Assembly: GCA_965197585.1 (NCBI GenBank)
Contig: OZ240215.1
Coordinates: 640,001-704,000, forward strand
Direction: 5' to 3'
Length of the DNA: 64,000 nt
DNA from: Dehalococcoidia bacterium
GTDB taxonomy: Bacteria; Chloroflexota; Dehalococcoidia; Plut-88900
The notes under the pieces are model-generated. The model was not told the origin of the DNA, did not search any database, and was given only the letters and a program-made list of their open reading frames with translations. This document shows, in pieces, positions 1 to 9,813 of this stretch (positions within the stretch are counted from its first letter, which is position 1; each line of letters starts with the position of its first letter). A program made the translations under genes and the position numbers.

Positions 1-801
1 CACTGTTCCATGACCTTGGCCTCTCTGGACAATGAAAAGCACGTTATGACCGAGGCGCGCATGGCCATGAACGCCGGCGAGGCCCATGACATGCTGGATG
101 GTGCCAACGCCAGCCCCGGACTCGTAACCCAGATCGTCCCCTCTCCCTTCACCTTCGCTCTTGATGACACCATTAGTTCCCTGGTGGCAGATGGTTATCT
201 CGGTGACCTATTGGCCATCGACATGAACGTGAACGGCAACCAGTTCCTGGAACGGGAAGCTCCCATATCCTGGAGGCAGGACATGGGGCTCAGCGGGCTC
301 AACATATTGCACATGGGCATCTGGTACGAGGCCCTTTTGCGGTGGGTGGGCCCGGCCTCTGAAGTCATTGCGATGACCTCCGTGAACGTTCCCGTGCGCA
401 GGGACGAAGACGGCAACCCAGCCTTCATCACCGTACCCGATCATGCGGACGTGCTTTGCCGCATGGCCATCGGGGGCCAGGCCCGGATAAGGATTAGCTC
501 GGTTATCGGGCTAGGGCAGGAGTCGGGCATCTGGATAAACGGCTCGGAGGGGAGCCTGTTCATCGACAAGACGGGGCAGACCCTCATGGGAGGCCACAAG
601 GGCGATTCCGAGCTGAAGGAGATAGCCATAGCCCCGGAAAAGCGCGGGAGCTGGCGGGTGGAAGACGAGTTCATCGGCGCCATACGTGGGCAGGAGAAGA
701 TCAAGCTGACCTCGTTTGAAGACGGGGTCAAGTACATGGAGTTCACCGAGGCCGTCACCCGAAGTGCGCAGATGCGGAAAGCCGTGATCCTTCCCCTCTA
801 G
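1..801 (+). CDS. Gfo/Idh/MocA family oxidoreductase (5' truncated by window)
   Basis: KHVMTEARMA resembles the family KHVxxEKP motif, followed by HMGIWYE and C-terminal GSEG...FIGAIRG; frame is open from position 1. Confidence 0.85.
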   Translation, partial: HCSMTLASLDNEKHVMTEARMAMNAGEAHDMLDGANASPGLVTQIVPSPFTFALDDTISSLVADGYLGDLLAIDMNVNGNQFLEREAPISWRQDMGLSGLNILHMGIWYEALLRWVGPASEVIAMTSVNVPVRRDEDGNPAFITVPDHADVLCRMAIGGQARIRISSVIGLGQESGIWINGSEGSLFIDKTGQTLMGGHKGDSELKEIAIAPEKRGSWRVEDEFIGAIRGQEKIKLTSFEDGVKYMEFTEAVTRSAQMRKAVILPL

Positions 802-839
802 GGCAAGGCCCCAACACAGCTTAGATTTAGGAGAAACTT

Positions 840-1151
840 ATGATAGCGCTGCTGGTTACCATCGACATCCAGCCCGAGTTCAAGGAACGATTCATGGAGG
901 AGCTGCTTCTGGACGCGAAGGGCGCCAATGATGACGAGCCCGGCTGCCTGCGGTTCGACGTTCTACAGGATAATGAAGACCCCAACCGCGTCCACCTGTA
1001 TGAAGTTTACAAGGACGACGCGGCGATTGCGGCTCACAGGGAGGCCCCTCACTTCGTCAAATGGCGGGACACGACCAAGGACTGGCTTGCCAAGCCCTAC
1101 TCCCGCACCCTCGGCACCAACGTCTATCCTTCAGACGAAAACTGGCGGTAG
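840..1151 (+). CDS. ABM-family putative quinol monooxygenase (LsrG-like)
   Basis: EPGCLRFDVLQD...LYEVYKD...HREAPHF; AGGAG RBS. Confidence 0.88.
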   Translation: MIALLVTIDIQPEFKERFMEELLLDAKGANDDEPGCLRFDVLQDNEDPNRVHLYEVYKDDAAIAAHREAPHFVKWRDTTKDWLAKPYSRTLGTNVYPSDENWR

Positions 1152-1272
1152 ATTGTATTACGCTTCTTTGCCGCCGAAAGAGGCATCCGTGAGCAGAACC
1201 GGCTAGATTTGTGGGCTCGCTTCCCCTGAGATTGTGTAAGGGAGAGCATGATAACCCATTCTGGGAACCGAG

Positions 1273-1509
1273 ATGCCTACCGTCCTCGAAAAAGGTCCGT
1301 ATCGCTTCTTCTTCTATTCAAGCGATCAGATGGAACCCCAACACGTGCACGTTGTACGTGATAATCGTGTCGCAAAGTTCTGGCTACGGCCCGTGAGACT
1401 TCAGAGGAGTGGTGGGCTGACCCAGGCAGAGATACGCCGCATCCGGCGTATAATTGAAGCGAACCACATATTGTTTGTGGAGGCGTGGAATGATTACTTC
1501 AACGATTGA
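1273..1509 (+). CDS. DUF4160 protein (putative toxin)
   Basis: MPTV...YRFFFYSSD..EPQHVHV...AKFWL...WNDYF is typical of DUF4160; overlaps the DUF2442 gene. Confidence 0.88.
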   Translation: MPTVLEKGPYRFFFYSSDQMEPQHVHVVRDNRVAKFWLRPVRLQRSGGLTQAEIRRIRRIIEANHILFVEAWNDYFND

Positions 1510-1804
1510 GGCGCGAATACCGGAAGCAGAGCAGGTGTTGGTTACGGAATCAGCTCTGCGGGTTAACTTCTCCGATGGGCGCACCATTTCCGTGCCTCTG
1601 GACTGGTATCCCAGACTAGTCCATGCCACCCGAAAAGAGAAGGACAATTGGGAGCTGATCGGCGAAGGGGAGGGTATCCGCTGGCCCGACTTGGACGAAG
1701 ACCTTAGCGTTGAGGGCTTGATCGCAGGTCGGCCGTCGGGTGAAAGCCAGCGCTCCTTCAAGCGTTGGCTTGAAAAAAGAGAGGACTTATCGGCAGGCCA
1801 CTAG
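1490..1804 (+). CDS. DUF2442 protein (putative antitoxin)
   Basis: DGRTISVPLDWYPRL...GIRWPDLDEDLSVEGL; ATG at 1490 behind GGAGG. Confidence 0.88.
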   Translation: MITSTIEARIPEAEQVLVTESALRVNFSDGRTISVPLDWYPRLVHATRKEKDNWELIGEGEGIRWPDLDEDLSVEGLIAGRPSGESQRSFKRWLEKREDLSAGH

Positions 1805-1890
1805 CCCCACTACTCCAGAAGCCTGGACGGGAGGCTTCCGCATAACTTCCCTCGGCAGGATACGGCAAGAATGAAAGCGGCCTTGATCCC

Positions 1891-2175
1891 CTACTTTATC
1901 TCCACCTCGATAAACGCGAACTCACCCTCGTTCGCATTTATCACGTTGTGCTCGACCCCAGCGTTTCTGAAGTAGGGCTGCCCGACCTTGAGCTCATTGA
2001 CCGACTCCCCCTCGGGGGTCACCGCCCTGAGATTCCCATCCATGATGGGGACCACGACGTAGTCAAGCCCGTGGACGTGATGCCCCACCTCCGCCCCCGG
2101 AGCGAAACGCCACTCCAGCACCCTGACCCTATCGTTGTCTATAAATACTGTTGATTTGGCCTGCGCTGCAGTCAT
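1891..2175 (-). CDS. Cupin domain protein
   Basis: GHHVH...YFRNAGVEHNVIN cupin motifs. Confidence 0.85.
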   Translation of the reverse strand: MTAAQAKSTVFIDNDRVRVLEWRFAPGAEVGHHVHGLDYVVVPIMDGNLRAVTPEGESVNELKVGQPYFRNAGVEHNVINANEGEFAFIEVEIK

Positions 2176-2190
2176 GTATAAGACTCCTGC

Positions 2191-2904
2191 CTAGTCCACT
2201 GTCTGTATAGCTTCTCTCAGATTCACGTCACCGGTGTAGAGGGCTCTTCCGATTATCGCACCCTCAACGCCCAACTCTTTCAGTGACTTCAAATGTTCGA
2301 TGGTCGAGATGCCTCCCGACGCGATAACCGGCACCTTAGTCCTCGACACCACCTGGCGCACGGACTTCAGGTTCGGACCTGACAGCATCCCGTCTCTCGA
2401 TATGTCCGTGTAGATGATGCGCCGCGCCCCGAATCCCTTCACCCGTTCGATCAGTTCGATTGCATCGACCTCCGTTGTCCTCTTCCACCCCGAGGCTGCG
2501 ACCCGACCCTCCCTCGCGTCTATGCCAACTATTACGCCTTCCCCAAATCTTCGCAATGCCTCTTGCAGGAAGTCCGGGTCTTCCACTGCCGCAGTGCCTA
2601 GCACCACCCTCTGGACGCCTCTGTCCAACCAGCCTTCCAGCGTTTCCATGTTTCTGACCCCGCCGCCGAGCTGGACGGGTATATCCACGCTTTCGAGGAT
2701 GCGGGCCACGGCCTCGGCGTTTTCGGATCTGCCCGATGCGGCGCCCTCCAGATCGACTACGTGGATTCTCGGCGCGCCTGCCTGCTCCCAGCCTCGAGCC
2801 ACGGCCCCAGGGTCCGTCGAGAAGACGGTCTCCTTATCGAAATCACCCTGGAGAAGACGGACGCAGCGCCCGCCTTTCAGGTCGATAGCCGGGATTATTT
2901 CCAT
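2191..2904 (-). CDS. hisA: ProFAR isomerase HisA
   Basis: MEIIPAIDLKGGRCVRL, QLGGGVR, TDISRDG, IASGGI; start moved to ATG 2904, which overlaps the hisH end. Confidence 0.95.
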   Translation of the reverse strand: MEIIPAIDLKGGRCVRLLQGDFDKETVFSTDPGAVARGWEQAGAPRIHVVDLEGAASGRSENAEAVARILESVDIPVQLGGGVRNMETLEGWLDRGVQRVVLGTAAVEDPDFLQEALRRFGEGVIVGIDAREGRVAASGWKRTTEVDAIELIERVKGFGARRIIYTDISRDGMLSGPNLKSVRQVVSRTKVPVIASGGISTIEHLKSLKELGVEGAIIGRALYTGDVNLREAIQTVD

Positions 2905-3536
2905 GTCTGGTCCAGGACCCAGTTCTGCATGAAATTTTCGTACATCTTCAGGCCCAAGGTCCCGCTCTTTTCCGGATGGAAGAGAGTGGCGACCATGTTG
3001 TCCCGAGACGCGGCACAGCAAAAAGTGCGTCCGTAGTCTGTGGTGGCCAGTGTGAGACCCGGGTCCCGGGGCACGGGGTGATAGCTGTGGACGAAATAGA
3101 AGTAGGAGCGGTCGGGAATGCCGTTGAAGAGGGGACTTGAGTGGCTCTGCTCCACATTGTTCCAACCCATGTGGGGTTGCTTCACGCTTTTGGGCAGCCG
3201 CTCGACTGACCCCGGCAAAACCCCGAGACACTCCTGCTCTCCCTCTGCCGAGAAATCAAATAGCACCTGCAAGCCCATACATACCCCGAAGAAGGGTCTT
3301 CCCTGCGAGATGGCACTAAGGACTGGATCTATCAGCCCCCGCTCCTTCAACCCCTCCATCGTAGGCTTTGCCGCGCCCTGACCGGGCAGCACCAGCGCAT
3401 CCGCCGCTGCGATATCCCCCGCCTCCCCCGACACCCGGGCCTCGTATCCCAGCTTGGCGAATGCTTTCTGCACGCTCCTAAGGTTGCTCGCCCCGTAGTC
3501 GATTACCAGCACTACAGGCCCCGACTTCATATTCAA
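2895..3536 (-). CDS. hisH: Imidazole glycerol phosphate synthase glutaminase subunit
   Basis: DYGASNLRSV, GVCMG, PHMGWN, YFVHSY, FHPEKSG. Confidence 0.95.
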   Translation of the reverse strand: MNMKSGPVVLVIDYGASNLRSVQKAFAKLGYEARVSGEAGDIAAADALVLPGQGAAKPTMEGLKERGLIDPVLSAISQGRPFFGVCMGLQVLFDFSAEGEQECLGVLPGSVERLPKSVKQPHMGWNNVEQSHSSPLFNGIPDRSYFYFVHSYHPVPRDPGLTLATTDYGRTFCCAASRDNMVATLFHPEKSGTLGLKMYENFMQNWVLDQTWK

Positions 3537-3574
3537 ACTCTCCGAATCTCCTTCAACCCGATTAAACGGCAGAC

Positions 3575-4522
3575 CTAGAGTCCCAGTATTTCAATGGCAT
3601 TGGCTCCCAGTATCGCCTCTTTTTCGCCATTCGTGAGTATTGGCAACTCCATTATCCGTTCCACGCTGCGGGTCAGGCCGTACCAGGGGTAGTCGGAGCC
3701 CATCATGACGCGACCCGGGCCGATGTCACGGATGAGCTGCGCCAGCTGCTCGTCCGTCGGGGCCTTGGGGGCGCCTGTCCACTCTATTACCTCGCAGCTG
3801 TCGAAGTAGGCGTTGGGGAAGGCCTTGCCGATATCCAGGGTTTGTTCCCACGTAGCCCCGCCCATATGGGCGATGATGAACTTCAGATTGGGAAATGCTT
3901 CCAGCACCGGTGCAAAAGACCGGGGCTCGGCATAGGGCATCCCGTCGGACGACGGCCCCGAATGGCTGAGGAAAGGCATCCCCAACTCTTGGCAGACCCG
4001 GTAGATGGGCCACATTCGCGGATCGCTCATCTCGAACTTTTGAAGTGCCGGATGGACCTTCACACCCTTGGCCCCTCGCCCCTCCACCAACTCCCTAAGA
4101 TGCGCTGCACCCTCCTCACCGGGAAGGGCATTGGGGTCCACCGCTACGAAAGGGACCAGGCACTCGTTCTCCGCCGCTAGGTCGCACCCCCAGTAGTTAA
4201 ACTCCCGGAGCAGGGCTGGGGAAGATGACTTGATTTCGGTGATGGCAGCAGCCCGCTGGGTCTCGGTCAGGTTAGGGTCGAGGTGGAATATGGCATAGTC
4301 CCGGGCCTGGTCCTCGACGAACATGTTGGCGACGACCGCACGGTAGAAGCCTGCGTCGGCTATGTCCTGGATGGCCTCCTCAGCGCTGCCGTTGGAGGAG
4401 GGGGAGGTTACGTTTTCCTTCTCTCCGTATTCGCCAATGCTGTAGTTGGCGAGGCGTCTGGCGCCCCACTCCCGGGACCTGTATATGTGCATGTGAACGT
4501 CGACTAACTGCGGTCCTGCCAT
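3575..4522 (-). CDS. Amidohydrolase_2 family protein
   Basis: DVHMH, KVHP, SHSG, AHMGG, GSDYP. Confidence 0.88.
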   Translation of the reverse strand: MAGPQLVDVHMHIYRSREWGARRLANYSIGEYGEKENVTSPSSNGSAEEAIQDIADAGFYRAVVANMFVEDQARDYAIFHLDPNLTETQRAAAITEIKSSSPALLREFNYWGCDLAAENECLVPFVAVDPNALPGEEGAAHLRELVEGRGAKGVKVHPALQKFEMSDPRMWPIYRVCQELGMPFLSHSGPSSDGMPYAEPRSFAPVLEAFPNLKFIIAHMGGATWEQTLDIGKAFPNAYFDSCEVIEWTGAPKAPTDEQLAQLIRDIGPGRVMMGSDYPWYGLTRSVERIMELPILTNGEKEAILGANAIEILGL

Positions 4523-4536
4523 CGGTCTCTCCCTTC

Positions 4537-5754
4537 CTAGCTCCCTTTCAACCCGAAGGCCTTCTCTGCTGCGTCTACAACATGCCGGCCTATGGCAATT
4601 GATGCCGTTGCCCCCGGAGAAGACGCATTCCTCACGTGCACTGTATTATTGCCACTGCTGATCAGAAAGTCATCCAGCAACCGGCCCTTGCGGTCGACCG
4701 CCTGCGCCCTCACCCCAGCCCCTCGCTCCACCAGATCTTCCTTCTGGATTTCGGGTACCAGTCTGCGCGCTGCCTTGAGAAACGCCTGCTTGCTCACCGA
4801 CCGAAAGAACTCCTGCATTCCCATGCGCCAATATTGCCGAGTCAGCAGCCAGAACCCCGGAAAGGACAGGGTCCTCAGAAATTCACGCGGGTTGACGCTC
4901 CCGATAGTGTATCCCTCTCTGGCGAAAGCTAGAACTGCATTGGGCCCCGCTTCCGTGTACCCGCGCACGGTCTTGGTGAAGTGTACGCCCAAGAATGGGA
5001 ATGCGGGATCGGGGACGGGGTAAATCAGGCCGCGCACAAGACCCTCGGCCCGAGGTGATAGTGTGTAATAGTCCCCGCGAAAGGGGACTATGCGAACGTC
5101 GCGGTCGGGCGACGTCATTTCGGAGACGACGTCCGCGTAGAGCCCCGCACAGTTGATGAGATGCTTCACCCGCAGGCTGCCACCCGACGTGATGAGTTCC
5201 ATTCCGCCGGGCAAGGAATTGACCCCCAACAACGCTGTCCCCAAGGAGACTCGGCCCCCCGACCCTTCGAAATCCGAGGCATAGGCCTTGGCCACCTGGG
5301 TGTAGTCGACTATCCCGGTCTCGGGTGAGTGAAGGGCGGCGACGCCTCGGGCGTAGGGTTCCAGTTCCTTCAGCTCATCCGGCCCGATCCTCCGAAGGCC
5401 CGGGACCCCGTTTGCCGTCCCCCGACGGTATAGCTCCTCCAACGCCGGGGCCTCCGAATCATCCACCGCCACGATGACCTTGCCGCATTTTTCGTAGGGT
5501 ATGCCGTGGTCGTCGCAGAACTCGGTAAGCATTCGGGCGCCGGTAACGCAGTTCTGAGCCTTTAGGGAGCCGGGTTTGTAGTAGATGCCCGAGTGGATAA
5601 CGCCGCTGTTGTGTCCAGTCTGGTGCCGGGCTAGTTCTTTCTCCTTCTCGATGACAACTATGCCGAGGCCCGGATACCTGAGCCCCAACTCCCGCGCCGC
5701 CGAGAGCCCGAGTATCCCCCCGCCTATCACCCCCACGTCAAAGTCGAAGCTCAA
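4537..5754 (-). CDS. lhgO: L-2-hydroxyglutarate oxidase-like FAD oxidoreductase
   Basis: GGGILG, HQTGHNSGVIHSGIYY, PVPDPAFPFLGVHFT, GVRAQA, SPGATAS. Confidence 0.85.
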   Translation of the reverse strand: MSFDFDVGVIGGGILGLSAARELGLRYPGLGIVVIEKEKELARHQTGHNSGVIHSGIYYKPGSLKAQNCVTGARMLTEFCDDHGIPYEKCGKVIVAVDDSEAPALEELYRRGTANGVPGLRRIGPDELKELEPYARGVAALHSPETGIVDYTQVAKAYASDFEGSGGRVSLGTALLGVNSLPGGMELITSGGSLRVKHLINCAGLYADVVSEMTSPDRDVRIVPFRGDYYTLSPRAEGLVRGLIYPVPDPAFPFLGVHFTKTVRGYTEAGPNAVLAFAREGYTIGSVNPREFLRTLSFPGFWLLTRQYWRMGMQEFFRSVSKQAFLKAARRLVPEIQKEDLVERGAGVRAQAVDRKGRLLDDFLISSGNNTVHVRNASSPGATASIAIGRHVVDAAEKAFGLKGS

Positions 5755-7193
5755 CCGCTGCCCCCCGAGTGTGCACCCAATTCCTTTTCACCGGATCCAC
5801 GCCTTCGCAGAATTCGGCGTGCGAATTGTCCGCTGCCTCCCCCCAGCGCCGGCCCCCTCATAAGCATCAGAAAGGCTCCGAACATGCAAACCATAAACAT
5901 CCCGGAAGGCAAAGCATAGCTATCGTTCAATTCATACATATTGCCGATTACGGTCGGGCCCGCGGCCATCCCGAAAAGCGCAAAGCTGCCCAATGCGCCC
6001 GATATCGCTCCCACGTTCCTTATCCCGAAATTCGAGGCTGCCACTATCGGAACTATGGCGCTGAACGCCGTTCCCGCACTGGCCAGGATAAGGGGTATCA
6101 ATAATCCCATGAATCTCGGCGCATCCAGGAAGACCACACTGAACATCACAGTCGGGGCCATCATAGCTCCGATGGTGGCCGTGCCCAGGATAGCCTTGAT
6201 GGGGACCTTGTCGCTAAGGTACGCGTACAAGAACTTGCTGAAGATCACCATCCCGCCGTTGGCCGCAAGCAGAGCCGATGCCACCTCAGGTACATAGCCG
6301 AGGTCTCCCAGGAAAGGCTGGGTCTGGGTGAAGGTTCCGAAGGAGCTGCATAACGCCACGAAGAACAGCACACCGATTATCCAAAACTTCAGCGTTTTGG
6401 CTGCCTGGCTTAGTGCCACCCCGGGTAATGAGGCGGAGGGTGGTGTTTCCGAGCGCGCACGTCTTTCTTCAAGGGAGGGAACAACTTCCGGGTCGCCGTC
6501 GGGGCGCAGACCCATGGACTGCGGGTCTCTGCGGACAACGAATATGCTTATGGGAATTTGCAGGGCCCACACGGTGATGGCCAATATGCTAGTGGTAGTC
6601 TGCCAGCTGTACAGCTCTATGAAGGCTGTGGCCAAAGGAATGGTGATCAGCCCCCCGGCTCCGATGCCCGTATACGTAATCGCTATCGCAAGACTCCGCC
6701 TGCGCTCGAACCATCGGGCTATGAGTACGTTGACCGGCACGGCCACGCAGAAGGCGAACCCCAGGGCGGCGATCATCATCGTCGCATACAGTTCCCAGGG
6801 CTCGGAGATCCAGCGGAGCAGGAACACCCCTACCCCCAACATCACTCCCCCGAACAACATAACGGGCTGCGAGCCGTACTTGTCGGTAATCTTGCCTGCG
6901 CCGGGCGAGGCTAGAGCCACAGCCAGAAGGCTAAGTGAGAACGCGTTGGAGATGGTGCCGCGGCCCCAGCCAAAGGTGTCGGACCAGGACTCGAAGAAAA
7001 TGAGGGGCGCAGAGAAGAGGATACCGTAGCCGAGGGTAAGGGCGATCCATCCGCAGACGACCATGTACCAGCCATAGAAGATCCTGGGTCTCCTGATTGC
7101 TGCTTCGGCGCCCGGGCCTGCCCCTTTTGCCAGCGAGGGGCCCGGGCCTGGGAGAAGCCCCGGGTCTTGGCTTTCTGCAGAGGTCTCGGCCAT
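5751..7193 (-). CDS. MFS transporter
   Basis: FYGWYMV, GKITDKYG motif A and many TM stretches; start placed at ATG 7193. Confidence 0.88.
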   Translation of the reverse strand: MAETSAESQDPGLLPGPGPSLAKGAGPGAEAAIRRPRIFYGWYMVVCGWIALTLGYGILFSAPLIFFESWSDTFGWGRGTISNAFSLSLLAVALASPGAGKITDKYGSQPVMLFGGVMLGVGVFLLRWISEPWELYATMMIAALGFAFCVAVPVNVLIARWFERRRSLAIAITYTGIGAGGLITIPLATAFIELYSWQTTTSILAITVWALQIPISIFVVRRDPQSMGLRPDGDPEVVPSLEERRARSETPPSASLPGVALSQAAKTLKFWIIGVLFFVALCSSFGTFTQTQPFLGDLGYVPEVASALLAANGGMVIFSKFLYAYLSDKVPIKAILGTATIGAMMAPTVMFSVVFLDAPRFMGLLIPLILASAGTAFSAIVPIVAASNFGIRNVGAISGALGSFALFGMAAGPTVIGNMYELNDSYALPSGMFMVCMFGAFLMLMRGPALGGGSGQFARRILRRRGSGEKELGAHSGGSG

Positions 7194-7252
7194 GCCAATA
7201 AGGTTAACTCCAACATCGGGGCTAGTCCACACGCGAACTGCTTTCCCCATCC

Positions 7253-8236
7253 GTGGCTCCCCCTGCTAAAATGTCTCCACACTGGACTTGGAGTTGCACC
7301 ATCAGCATAGTCATTGGGAAACGGACCAAGGTCGGAATAGCAGTCCCCCAGACCTTCCCCGATGGTCCTTTCGACATTTCCGTAATCGAAGAGAACCTGA
7401 AACTGATCGAGTCCCTGGGCTTCGAAAGCGTGTGGACCCACGACCAGGCCATAGGCGCCATCCAGACTCTTGACCCCTTCGTCCTGCTGGCCTACGCCGC
7501 CCGGCACACGACCAAGGTAAAGCTCGGCATATCCGTCATCGTCACTCCTTATCGCAGCCCCGTTCATCTGGCAAAGTCGGGCGCGAGTATCGACCAGATC
7601 AGCGGTGGACGCTTCATCATGGGCCTGGGAATCGGCAGCGATATCGAGGTCTACCCCGCTTTCGGCATCACCCCAGAGGCCCGAGCCACTCGCTTTGAAG
7701 AGCAAATCGAGGTTATCAAGGCACTCTGGACTCAGCCGGAAGTTACCTTCAAAGGCAGGTTCCTGGACCTGGACGGGGTAACTATCGCCCCAAAGCCCTT
7801 ACAGCAGCCCCGTGCCCCGATATGGATCGGGGGTCACGCCAAGGGGGCATTGGTACGAGCCGTGAAGTACGCCGACGCATGGATGGGTGCGGGAGCGTCT
7901 ACCATCGCCGATTTCAAAGACCAAATCGTCTTCGTGCGCGGACTTTTGGAAAAGGAGGGTCGCGACCCGGCCCACTTCCCAATATCCAAGCGCATATTCA
8001 TCGGCATTGGACCAGACAGGGAGTCGGTGGGCCGAAAGATGAGTCAGTGGTTCGGAGAGTATTATCACGACTCCGAGCTTGCAGGTCGGGTGGCGGTGTA
8101 CGGGCCCGTGCAGCAGGTGATTGAAGAGCTGGCTACCGTGGTAGAAGAGGACTTGGATATGCTCATGCTCAACCCCGTCTACGACCCCACAGAGCAGACT
8201 CACATCCTCGCCGAGGACGTGCTCCCTAAACTCTAG
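7253..8236 (+). CDS. LLM-class flavin-dependent oxidoreductase (start uncertain)
   Basis: GFESVWTHD, LDPFVLLAYAA, DQISGGRF, PKPLQQP..PIWIGG. Confidence 0.88.
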   Translation: MAPPAKMSPHWTWSCTISIVIGKRTKVGIAVPQTFPDGPFDISVIEENLKLIESLGFESVWTHDQAIGAIQTLDPFVLLAYAARHTTKVKLGISVIVTPYRSPVHLAKSGASIDQISGGRFIMGLGIGSDIEVYPAFGITPEARATRFEEQIEVIKALWTQPEVTFKGRFLDLDGVTIAPKPLQQPRAPIWIGGHAKGALVRAVKYADAWMGAGASTIADFKDQIVFVRGLLEKEGRDPAHFPISKRIFIGIGPDRESVGRKMSQWFGEYYHDSELAGRVAVYGPVQQVIEELATVVEEDLDMLMLNPVYDPTEQTHILAEDVLPKL

Positions 8237-8244
8237 TGTCTGCA

Positions 8245-8273
8245 TTGACACGCTTGCTGTCCACTCATAAACT
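8245..8273 (+). promoter_or_regulatory. sigma70-type promoter of the DsbA-like gene
   Basis: TTGACA-N17-TAAACT. Confidence 0.55.
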
Positions 8274-8316
8274 CGCCCCGAGGCCCGGCTCCTTAGAAAC
8301 AAGCAGGTGATTTCAC

Positions 8317-8952
8317 ATGGATCCCGTTAAAGTACAGATCTTCTCCGACTACATCTGACCCTGGTGCTACATCGGCCTGGAACGGACCGAAAGATTGGCT
8401 GAAGAATACGACGTTGATGTCGAGTGGCTGGCCTTCGAGCTGGTGCCCGGCACCCCGCCCGAGGGCACACCCCGGCCCTTCAAGGAGGGTGAGACCTCCG
8501 ACCTCCGAGGTCACATGAAGGACTCCGCCGAGGAGGCGGGCCTTACCAAGATGCGCCGGCAACAGGTCACTCCCTACACCATCCCCGCCTTTGAGGCCAG
8601 CGAGTTTGCCAAAGAGCAGGACAAGTTCGATGACTTCCATAAGGCAGTCTTCAGGGCATTCTGGGAAGAGGGCCGCAACATAGGCGTCGACGACGTCTTA
8701 AAGGACATCTTCGAAGAGTGCGGCATGGACTGGGAGGAGTACGAGTCGACTGGAGGCGGAGAGAACTACCGACCCACGGTCGCAAACCAGCTGATGCAGG
8801 CCCGGGCCTACGGCATTTCGGGTGTACCTGCCTTCATCCTGGACCGCTATCTGATCTCCGGCGCGCAGCCCTACGAGGTGTTCCAGCAGGTCATGCAGCG
8901 CATTGACCAGGACCGCCGCAAGCAGGGCCTCTGGGTCCCGGGGCAGGAGTAG
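8317..8952 (+). CDS. DsbA/FrnE-like thioredoxin-fold selenoprotein (UxxC, in-frame TGA at 8356-8358)
   Basis: ATG 8317 reads MDPVKVQIFSDYI-TGA-PWCYIG in frame with ORF 8395; C-terminal GISGVPAF...ISGAQP. Confidence 0.85.
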
Positions 8953-8958
8953 GTCTCT

Positions 8959-9735
8959 CTACCCCACCACCCCCACCCCATCCCCGACACTCACACTCCC
9001 CGGCCTCGAAACTGTGCCATAGACGCCGAAATAGGCGGCTTGTGGGTCGGGGCGGTAGCTCAGGATTACGCGGAGGGTGTTCATGTCACGCTCCCCCGTG
9101 TCAGGGTCATGGGTGGTTATGGCGCACCTCGGGTCCCTGGCCACGACCTTTACCCGCACCTCCGGCCCTACCGACACCTCTTCCCCTACCCATGAGTCCT
9201 CCTCGTGGGGCGTCGAGTTCTCGATGAAGAAGGTCGGGCGGAATCGCCGGTTGTCCATGGGCTTCGACACCCCTTCCTGCCCTCCCAGGAAGTCCAGCGA
9301 CGCCTGAGACAGTATGGAAATCGGGTATGTGTCCTGGCATTGGCCGGGCTTGTCGGACTTTATCAGCCGGATGTCGGCGCCGCAGAAGTGTGACAGAGCT
9401 TCGCAGAAGCTGCCCCCCACCACCCTGCCCCCGACCATGCGCCCGAATATGAACGTCTTCACCGTGTCCTCCGGCTCGGGCTTCCCTTCGATGGTGGAGC
9501 CGTCGGGAAAAGTCAGGGACAACCGCTCGGGGTGTAGCTGGTACTCGGCTTTGACCTGCACCATCCTGCTGATCTGACGCTGAGTCATTAGCCGTCCAGC
9601 CGCGTCGATGACGTGGAACCGCCGGTCTTCTATGATTCCTTCCTTACTAACGTGCACCGTTTGTGGGTGGCACAATCCCAGCGATTTTACGGGAGCGATA
9701 TTCAGTGCTTGTAGAGTGAGGGATTCGCTGCTCAT
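8959..9735 (-). CDS. MOSC domain protein
   Basis: PVKS, DRRF, RRFRPT, PRCAITTHDPDTG, FGVYG. Confidence 0.88.
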   Translation of the reverse strand: MSSESLTLQALNIAPVKSLGLCHPQTVHVSKEGIIEDRRFHVIDAAGRLMTQRQISRMVQVKAEYQLHPERLSLTFPDGSTIEGKPEPEDTVKTFIFGRMVGGRVVGGSFCEALSHFCGADIRLIKSDKPGQCQDTYPISILSQASLDFLGGQEGVSKPMDNRRFRPTFFIENSTPHEEDSWVGEEVSVGPEVRVKVVARDPRCAITTHDPDTGERDMNTLRVILSYRPDPQAAYFGVYGTVSRPGSVSVGDGVGVVG

Positions 9736-9813
9736 AGTTATTCGACTCGGCTCCTGATTTCGTTTCGGTTGCCCATAGACTCGACTCTCAGTATCATCAC
9801 CGCCGGTGGAACT

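Noticed and set aside
2905-3231. N-terminal extensions in the ORF track (hisA, 55344, 57900 and similar) and long antisense ORFs
   Set aside because: They overlap well-supported genes and are typical high-GC shadow frames.
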